From: an uncultured Clostridia bacterium
GTDB lineage: Bacteria; Bacillota; Clostridia; Oscillospirales; CAG-272
Direction: 5' to 3'
Length of the DNA stretch: 64,000 nucleotides
NCBI GenBank assembly: GCA_947627475.1
Contig: CANQWE010000002.1
Location: 11,990 to 75,989, forward strand
Shown: piece by piece, positions 30,301 to 36,721 of the stretch
Layout: the number at the start of each line of letters is the position of its first letter
Numbering within the stretch: position 1 is the stretch's first letter
Notes under the pieces: model-generated
What the model saw: the letters and a program-made list of their open reading frames with translations, nothing else
The model's database searches: none
What the model was told of the DNA's origin: nothing
Program-made: the position numbers and the translations under genes

Positions 30301-32152
30301 TATTTTGGCAAATGGTAGCTTCTACGGCTCCAATGGTCCAGAACTCCGCTATGATATTGAAGGCGTGGGCATGGGTGAAACGCTTACCATCAAGGAAAGC
30401 GGAAATGTCGATTTCAACATCACCGCTTTCGACCAGAACTATGATCTGGTGAACGTCAAACTCATTAAAAACACTATTACCGGCAGTGCAGAAAAGGGCG
30501 AAGCAGAAGTTGTCTTCAATAAAGACCTGAAGGGTCAGGGGCTCAGCGAGTTCAAGACCACACTGTCTCTGCCCGTTAAGGCGGGAGAATTTTACCGCGT
30601 TGAGGTAACCAGTGAACAGGGAACCACCGGTAACGGAGGAAATGGAGAAGGACAGGGACTTGGCTTTGCTTTCTCAAATCCTATCTGGATCAGCGATGGG
30701 GAAAAATCCAATGCCACTGACATCAAGAAAATTACCTACGCTGGCGGACAGGTTATCGAAACCGTTGGTGATAACATGGTAATTACGGTGGAGGATGTTT
30801 TCTCGGTCGACAAACTGAATGTGGAGGTTTCGGATGAAGCCGCCGTCCGCACCGAAGTTATTGATGCAGTGGATGATGAACTGGATACGGCTGCAGCTGT
30901 AAAAATTACGGTGACGGCAGAAGATGGCACGCAGGATGTGGAAACCGTCTTCCTGACTAAAGGAAAAGTTGAAGAAACTCCTGCTGAAATTATATCTTTC
31001 ACCACGGCTTTTGTGAAGACAGAAGAGGGAAAGCAGCCGCAGATGCCGGAAACGGTGGAGGCTACATATGATAATGGCTCAATTAAATCTGTGGCTGTCG
31101 ATTGGGATGAAGTCACAGAGGATATGGTTGCCGAACCTGGTATTTTCAAGGTGGAAGGTACGGTAACCGGAACCACTATCAAGGCGGAAGCATTTGTTCA
31201 GGTCGTACCTGGCAAGGATGTAGAAAATGTCCGTGGTCTGTTGCAGAAAACCTACAAGTTTGCGCAGAATTTGAGTTCTGATGGGGTGACCGACAGTGCT
31301 AAGGTGTTCTTTGAAAAGGCCAAAGAGCAGGCGAAGGCCGCGTTGGAGAACCCGAGCGCAACCCAAGAGGAATTGTCTTCTGCATGGGATACTCTGCTGG
31401 AAGGTATCTGGGGTTTGGGGCTGTACCAGCCAGATAAAGCAACTCTGGGTTTGCTGATTGAGAAGGCAGAGAGCATGGTTGCTCAGGAAGATAAATATGT
31501 AAAGAGAAACTGGCAGAAGCTGGTAGATTCTTTGGCCCAGGCAAAAACTGTTATGGATGATGGGGATGCCATGGAAGACGAGGTGTCCTTCGCCACAGAG
31601 GAGCTGCTGAATTCTATCCATCTTCAGTTGTACAAGGCGGACAAAGCCATTCTTGAAAGCCTGATCCAAAAAGCGGAAGGTTTGGATCTGACCAGCTATA
31701 CCCAGGAAAGCGTTGCCGTGCTGAAGTCGGCTCTGTTAAAGGCCAATGCCGTTTATGCTGACGTTACCCTGAGCATAAATGATCAGGAGAAAGTGGACGA
31801 AGCCGCCGACAGCCTGAATGAGGCAATGAACGGCTTAGTTAAACTGTCAGATGTATCTGGTGGAAACAACACTGGAAATAACCAGGACAGCAACACTGGA
31901 AATAACCAGGACAGCAACTCTGGAAACAACCAGGACAACAACTCTGGAAACGATCAAGGCAAAGAGGATGGAGCAGGCGATAATCAGGTCAAGCCATCGG
32001 GTGACAGCAATGTGGATGGCAAAGATCATAATGACATTTCCAATCCGCAGACCGGGGAAAGCCGGACGGGTATGTTAGCGGCGCTCTTGGCTGGTATTTC
32101 GTCTTTGGTGTTGCTTCTTGGCAGCAGAGTTTGGAAAAGAAAGACAAAATAA
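27326..32152 (+). CDS. 1,608-aa wall-anchored multidomain protein with PHP/CehA-McbA-type metallohydrolase domain
   Basis: AAAGGAGG RBS and a signal peptide. Also a CarboxypepD_reg-like domain, DNHTHSIYSDG..VAHPNYPG..NSDGHN (PHP), Ig-like and helical repeats, and an N/Q/D stalk. The protein ends in NPQTG, a hydrophobic helix and RKTK. Confidence 0.85.
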   Translation: MKLKSKKVGGKALAACLAAVQLLTLAVPLSAAGGSEVPSKAVAGKSNVDPGFTYGSKGRDYVTGQDYYYLENQYVKTLIGPTKAANDQQGPMSNGAIMDAVTQEAKRENLDWTQFFLASKMSGSWDMGKGVLDLNELEVKGNTIVGKGVSEATPNIQGEVTYSIVENTPLIQMQVKLTNNGSEDYNGYFEYQIDPDESGEQNTYVPGVGWTMGNIYTVLTNHEWTGNYIFEGSASKYTGNTAHAILWDEADTVPSGLLNDGYIFGIWYDASLKAGESKTLTFYHLPHQPGGVSEPYAEAAFWAKVVSGEIDISNYGTINGSVTDRYGNPVKNVDITCQYAVGEHAGESAGTTVTDVNGNYSLRVEKGPYTLTASIPGYEQSSHSVDLNNQENPRADIILESIKGTRILDTTSMQSFGGIVEGKPGDYTLENEAFTMLVAKITKDGQLKDSSAGRILDIAANGKSDVMDFIFTSWISDVKPHQETQDNVVPGDSWQQLDTRFDNLEVVSQSKSKIVLKATGVYHHDLANAPESKDGEIEQIITLESGKPYAELETTIRNTSGQELQVYVGDIFDVDGNAQKSYAPGVGDVTAPFNSPIDEKPVQPWFAQYATSDQEVYSFLYEDDFDFRVFGSTNWLMGYAPVKLAADETFTYSRQLIVLDTEGYTQQPEAMTAYYNAYKYGMETRMDVYDGKVQKGDVFPVKVTVENSAEKPIRNVTASLKLPYQMYCVGESEITIPEIPAGGTETVEFSVLALEGGRGLLKSEVRTADDVAMTFSEALSISGQGYYAGDNHTHSIYSDGKGTIRENVDSAYEDKLLNWLYSTDHNKISQYNDTVTETNRLTGNFVNITGTEITSSNKGHALAYGVGSFIPEYRIGKEVNGKVWTWQDTIDQVNSNGGVLYVAHPNYPGLEFSDPYGIREYTGIEVWNGFNHAIDPDKNINTFAFDYWDNVNRRGEQKYFGIANSDGHNSTKMGDPYIKTEMDNLSYDNIQDILANGSFYGSNGPELRYDIEGVGMGETLTIKESGNVDFNITAFDQNYDLVNVKLIKNTITGSAEKGEAEVVFNKDLKGQGLSEFKTTLSLPVKAGEFYRVEVTSEQGTTGNGGNGEGQGLGFAFSNPIWISDGEKSNATDIKKITYAGGQVIETVGDNMVITVEDVFSVDKLNVEVSDEAAVRTEVIDAVDDELDTAAAVKITVTAEDGTQDVETVFLTKGKVEETPAEIISFTTAFVKTEEGKQPQMPETVEATYDNGSIKSVAVDWDEVTEDMVAEPGIFKVEGTVTGTTIKAEAFVQVVPGKDVENVRGLLQKTYKFAQNLSSDGVTDSAKVFFEKAKEQAKAALENPSATQEELSSAWDTLLEGIWGLGLYQPDKATLGLLIEKAESMVAQEDKYVKRNWQKLVDSLAQAKTVMDDGDAMEDEVSFATEELLNSIHLQLYKADKAILESLIQKAEGLDLTSYTQESVAVLKSALLKANAVYADVTLSINDQEKVDEAADSLNEAMNGLVKLSDVSGGNNTGNNQDSNTGNNQDSNSGNNQDNNSGNDQGKEDGAGDNQVKPSGDSNVDGKDHNDISNPQTGESRTGMLAALLAGISSLVLLLGSRVWKRKTK
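31868..31957 (+). repeat. in-frame 24-nt tandem repeat (NTGNNQDS x ~3.7)
   Basis: aacactggaaataaccaggacagc repeated at 31868, 31892, 31916 and 31940, with increasing divergence. Confidence 0.85.
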
Positions 32153-32186
32153 TAACGTCCTATATCAAAGCTTTCAAAAGTAAGGT

Positions 32187-32229
32187 AGCACGCCCTGTCA
32201 ACCGTATGGTTGACAGAGCGTGCTTTTTC
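32187..32229 (+). terminator. rho-independent terminator of the 1,608-aa gene
   Basis: 17-bp stem agcacgccctgtcaacc/ggttgacagagcgtgct (1 mismatch) followed by ttttt. Confidence 0.8.
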
Positions 32230-32382
32230 AGGTACCTAAAGAGGAAACACCGAAAATGGAGGAAAACACAATGAACAAACGCACCGCCAACAGATTACAG
32301 AAATGAAAAGCCAGGCCATCGGAGTCGAGGTTAGACCTATGTCAATACTTTGGATAAAAAGGCTGGAAGTTTGTGCCACTTT

Positions 32383-32480
32383 TTAAATTTCATCCACGTT
32401 TTGCTGCGGAGTCATATAATCAATGGCACTGTGAATTTTTTCGGTTATACTATGATTCTATATACTCAAAGATAGCCCTG
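32383..32480 (-). mobile_element. IS3-family transposase C-terminal fragment C
   Basis: By-eye translation gives AIFEYIES*YNRK(K)IHSAIDYMTPQQNVDEI*, which carries one stop and one frameshift in an A-run. Confidence 0.45.
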
Positions 32481-32536
32481 CTCCCTTATAATCCTGTTAA
32501 GTGCGACGATGGACTTCCTCGTTAGGAGGGATTTTT

Positions 32537-33650
32537 ATGCCCAAAAGTTACAAACCTATCATGGAATATGAAAAAGAAATATTAGAATAGAAAGCATAAT
32601 ATTACGTCCAATGGATGAACAATTAGGGTTTATATATAAGCAACAGCACAATTTCATTCCGCGTCACAATGCCAATCAGCGTAAGCTAAGCAGAAATAGC
32701 GTTAAAACGCAAAGGCAGACCGTCCAAAAACTATGTTGTATCGGAACAAAATAAGGCAGCCGAGCGAAATAGATCCTTGCTCACAAAGAAGAAAAGATAA
32801 AATTATTAAAAAGGAAAATGCACTGATGCGGGATTTTCGCTTGCTTACCAAAAAGAAGTAAGATCAAACATAAAATAATAGTGATCTGTTGTCATAGAAA
32901 CAAATATGGGTAAGAAAAATGTGCAGATTGTTCTTGGTATCAACAAGCGAATATTATGACTTTGGCAAGCAAATGGATCCACCTGCAAAAGATTTGCCGT
33001 TGACGAAAAAGATACAGGAATGCCTAAAAAGTGCGGAAAGACCTACAGATACCGCAGAGTACATATATGGTTAGAGCGTAACGGCATACATCAGAATAGC
33101 AAAAAATGCTTCGTGTTATGCAGAAATACGGTAGAAATACAATTTTTGTCACCAGTCAGAAGAAAGCAATAGGACAATTATGGAGAATATCTGCAACATT
33201 ATCCTAAATTACTGAACAGAGATTTGAAGGACGCAGACCAAACCAAAAGTGGGGTACAGATATTTTTGTATCAAAACAGCACGGGGAACATTGTATTTGT
33301 CTATCATCAGAGATTTATTTGGCAACAGCATAGTTGCCTATAGAACAGGGATAGAACATTAGTTTTGCTCTATCTGCTATGCGTGAAAAAGCTACCCGTT
33401 ACCAGAAATTGAACGCACGCAAGCGCAAATCTGACAGTATAAACCGGTACAAAATGCTGGCGCGGAAAATTTCCGCCCAAATTTACCGGAAATGCAGCCA
33501 TCATATTTTCCTGTACAGCGACTTTCTGGAAAGTATTGTACAGGGGCGAAAACTATGACCGAAGGCGAGGGTAAAGGCTTCTCCTGTACCATATTGCAAA
33601 GAGCCAAAGCGCAGGATTTTTTGTGAAAACGATCCTACTTGTTTTGCAAT
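32537..33650 (+). mobile_element. IS3-family element remnant B (orfA + orfB, heavily decayed)
   Basis: RBS aggaggg plus MPKSYKPIMEYEKEILE*; MCRLFLVSTSEYYDF..; ..RPNQKWGTDI..; TARGTLYLSIIRDLFGNSIVAYRTGIEH. Many stops and frameshifts. Confidence 0.6.
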
Positions 33651-33779
33651 GTTGTAAGTATGCATTGGATCATTATAAAAATGAATCCTCGAAAGAGGAC
33701 AAATAGCATTTAATAGAAAAGGCCCCTTGTGGGCGGTTTCCAAGGAACCGCCCACAAGGGGCAGTCAGCATTAACTGAC

Positions 33780-34425
33780 TGAGGGATTGCTATACTATAG
33801 GATTGTAGAAAAAGGAAAGGACATACTTACAATCTCTCCGAGTTTTGCTGCGCAAAATCCACCTCCCTTTACACAAGGGAGGCTTTTATTTTAGAAATAA
33901 CAGAATACCCCCACCGGCGGCAGGGTCGCCACCACCCCCTGGCAGGTCGTTCTGCGACCTGCAGCACTGGGGAGGCTTTTTAGTAGTTCCTCGAACAATA
34001 TGTTTTACAGAATCTTTATTTTAACAGTTGAACCAAGTGGCTACAGATAATAATGTTTCTTTCAACTACGCTGTCTCCTCTTTAACGCCCCCCCAAAGAA
34101 AACAGATTCATTGTAGGTTATTTCCTTTTATGGGGTTTTAATACAAGATTTTTTGGGGGAGATATTATCCCTCTGGAAAAACTGGTGAAAGAGGAAACGG
34201 CGTAACTTCAGTCACGCCGCCCCTTGAAAGCACATTTTTTCAACCTTTTTCAATTTTTACTGTTGTTTTACAACCACCCAGCATTAAACCAGCAGCTTTT
34301 TTAAGTAGCTCTTGCTACGCTCGTTGCCCTCCTCCTTGTAAACATTACAATGGAACTAATGCGTTAAGCCCCCCTATGCTGTAGGGGGGTGTCCCGGCAG
34401 GCCGGGACGAAAGGGTTGGTCATAC
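33780..34425. other. ORF-free, hairpin-studded spacer at the right edge of the island
   Basis: No ORF of 60 aa or more. Contains GC-rich hairpins in an AT-rich background. Confidence 0.4.
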
Positions 34426-34430
34426 AACAT

Positions 34431-35504
34431 TTACCGCTCATCCTCTATCAGAAGCTGCGCAAATCCTTCTGTATAGCAGGCTTCTCCGGATTCGTCAATC
34501 CAGGCTGCCTCCACACCGTCCAGACTCTCGATCAGCGCCCTGCCCTGGTCATAGGGCATATTGAATACCGCCGTAGACAGGGCATCTGCCATACCTGCAT
34601 GGCTGCACAGGATAGAGACAGAAACAAAAGAATTTTCCGGCTGCAGCGTCTGCGGATGGATAATATGGTGATACCGTACGCCATCCACCATATAATACCG
34701 CTGATACGATCCGCTGGTCACCAGGGATAAATCCGTTAGTGCAACCCGACAGAAGGTGGCGTCCTGCGCCTCAAGATCCGGATTTTGAATACCTGCGGTC
34801 CAGGGAGTGCCATCCCCTTTTGTGCCAATGGTGCGCACATTGCCTCCCACGCTGAACGCCAAATGGTCCCACCCCATTTCCCGGGCAGCTGCAGCAGCCA
34901 TTTCTGTAGCATATCCTTTGGCAATGGAACCTACGTCCAGCTGCATCTGGGGATCCGGCAAATACACGGTTCCCCCGTCCCGGTCAATTACAACAGAATC
35001 TATATCCATATGCTGTGCTGCAGCTTCCAGCTCAGCCCGGTCCGGCAGCGACGCATGCTCCGGATCCTCTATACCCGCTTCCCTATATGTATGCCATATG
35101 GAAAGCACGCTGCCCATGGCTATGTTGGTCATTCCCTGGGTGAGGGTGTACATCTCCCGGCTGTACTCCAGCATATCTATAATACGGGCGTCCACCGCTA
35201 CAGGCTCCAGGCCCGCGTGATCATTTACCGTTTTTAAATTGTTAATCCCATCATAATCATGATAAATATCATATAGCTGGTGATACTCCTCCAGCAGCTG
35301 CAGCAGCCAGTCCGCCTTTGTTTCAAATGCCTGCTCCGACGTATCAAAGCCGGTGATCACCGTTACCGTATCAAACAAATCAAAGGAAGTGCGGGAATAG
35401 CGATTCAACACAGCGTCCTCCTGGGCAGGGCGGCTGCATCCACCGAAAACAGGCAGCAGAAGGATCAGAGCGGCAAGCTGGGCCATGTATTTTCTTATTT
35501 GCAT
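34431..35504 (-). CDS. apbE: FAD:protein FMN transferase (ApbE family) lipoprotein
   Basis: Lipobox FGGCS and ApbE-like core (AMGSV, DVGSIAKGYA, SGSYQRY). Start at MQIRKY. Confidence 0.85.
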   Translation of the reverse strand: MQIRKYMAQLAALILLLPVFGGCSRPAQEDAVLNRYSRTSFDLFDTVTVITGFDTSEQAFETKADWLLQLLEEYHQLYDIYHDYDGINNLKTVNDHAGLEPVAVDARIIDMLEYSREMYTLTQGMTNIAMGSVLSIWHTYREAGIEDPEHASLPDRAELEAAAQHMDIDSVVIDRDGGTVYLPDPQMQLDVGSIAKGYATEMAAAAAREMGWDHLAFSVGGNVRTIGTKGDGTPWTAGIQNPDLEAQDATFCRVALTDLSLVTSGSYQRYYMVDGVRYHHIIHPQTLQPENSFVSVSILCSHAGMADALSTAVFNMPYDQGRALIESLDGVEAAWIDESGEACYTEGFAQLLIEDER

Positions 35505-35571
35505 GGTAATGTCTTTCCTCGTCCTATGAAAAATACAGAGCTCCTGCAGCTGCAGGAGCTCCATAAGCCGG

Positions 35572-36633
35572 TTATTTTTCCAGCGCCTTTTCTATTACAG
35601 CGATCCACTGGTCAATTCCTACAGTACAGCCTGCGTAAAGGTCTGTATCCTTTGCAACCATGTTTCCGCTGTCGTTTTGCTGGGTTTCGATCCCTGTAAC
35701 TTCATCCGGGGTTTTACCGGCAACAAAGTCCGCAAAAGCCTTTTCCTGCTCATACCACTCCTTGCCGATACCGGACATGTCCTTCATACCGTATTCTTCT
35801 TTCAATTCCCGCTTGGAACCGTCGAATTGCATTTCGCCGATAGCGCCGTCTGCACCGAAAGCGATTTTGGGTTCGATTTCATCCACACAGCAAGCCAAAA
35901 CTCTGCCATCATTCTCTACAACAGCGGTAAAGGTTGTGTACATGGCAGCCAGTCCGTCTGCTTCGTCGGAAGCGTCCTTGGAAGAAGCGTCTTCCGTTAC
36001 AGCTGCAAACCGCAGGGTTGGATTGCTGGTAGACTGGAAGGCATATGCCTGGTCGTCTTTGCAGGCCTTTGCTACTGCCTGAATCATTTCTGTTACCCCT
36101 ACAGTACAGCCGGCATACAGATCTTCATCGGCAGCCACCTGCGCGCCTGCGTCATTTGCCTCTGTTTTAATGGCAGAAACCTCGTCGCCGGTCATTCCCT
36201 TTACATAGCCGGCAAAAAAGTCCGCCTGTTCGTTCCATTCCTTACCGATACCAGAAGCGTCCTTCATATTATAATCGGCGCCCAGCTCCTGCTTGGTCTG
36301 GTAGGCTTGTCCCTTTTCGGCTACCCCGTCTGCTACAGACATTTTATTCTGCGCCGCATCGATATAGCAATCCACAATTTTACCGCTCTCGTCTGTGATC
36401 ACAGCGGCGAAGGTTGCTTCTACCTGGGCTGTTCCATCCTTGGATTTCGCGGTATCTACCTGAACACCCATACCCAACTTGTACGCGCCGCTATCTCCGG
36501 CTGCGTTCTCTGTCGTCTTTGCAGTGTCATTTTCTGCAGAGGTGTCCTTGCCATCCCCATTTTTGTCGCTGCATCCTGCAAACAAAGTAGCGGTAAGCAG
36601 CACAGCAAAAAATACTGAAAGAAATTTTTTCAT
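35572..36633 (-). CDS. two-domain lipoprotein, probable extracytoplasmic FMN-binding (PplA-like) ApbE substrate
   Basis: Lipobox FAGCS and two ~160-aa repeats, each ending D-LYAGCTVG(V/I). ApbE lies immediately downstream. Confidence 0.55.
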   Translation of the reverse strand: MKKFLSVFFAVLLTATLFAGCSDKNGDGKDTSAENDTAKTTENAAGDSGAYKLGMGVQVDTAKSKDGTAQVEATFAAVITDESGKIVDCYIDAAQNKMSVADGVAEKGQAYQTKQELGADYNMKDASGIGKEWNEQADFFAGYVKGMTGDEVSAIKTEANDAGAQVAADEDLYAGCTVGVTEMIQAVAKACKDDQAYAFQSTSNPTLRFAAVTEDASSKDASDEADGLAAMYTTFTAVVENDGRVLACCVDEIEPKIAFGADGAIGEMQFDGSKRELKEEYGMKDMSGIGKEWYEQEKAFADFVAGKTPDEVTGIETQQNDSGNMVAKDTDLYAGCTVGIDQWIAVIEKALEK

Positions 36634-36721
36634 GCGCTTTGTCCTCCTAAAATAAATATTATATATATATTAACCACGCCGGAAAAAACCATACATATTT
36701 TTCCGGCGCGGGTGCGCGCGG

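Noticed and set aside
34190-34265. 23-codon minus-strand ORF (MLGGCKTTVKIEKVEKMCFQGAA) in the island-edge spacer
   Set aside because: There is no convincing SD at the right distance. It is a single occurrence and too short to evaluate without comparative data.
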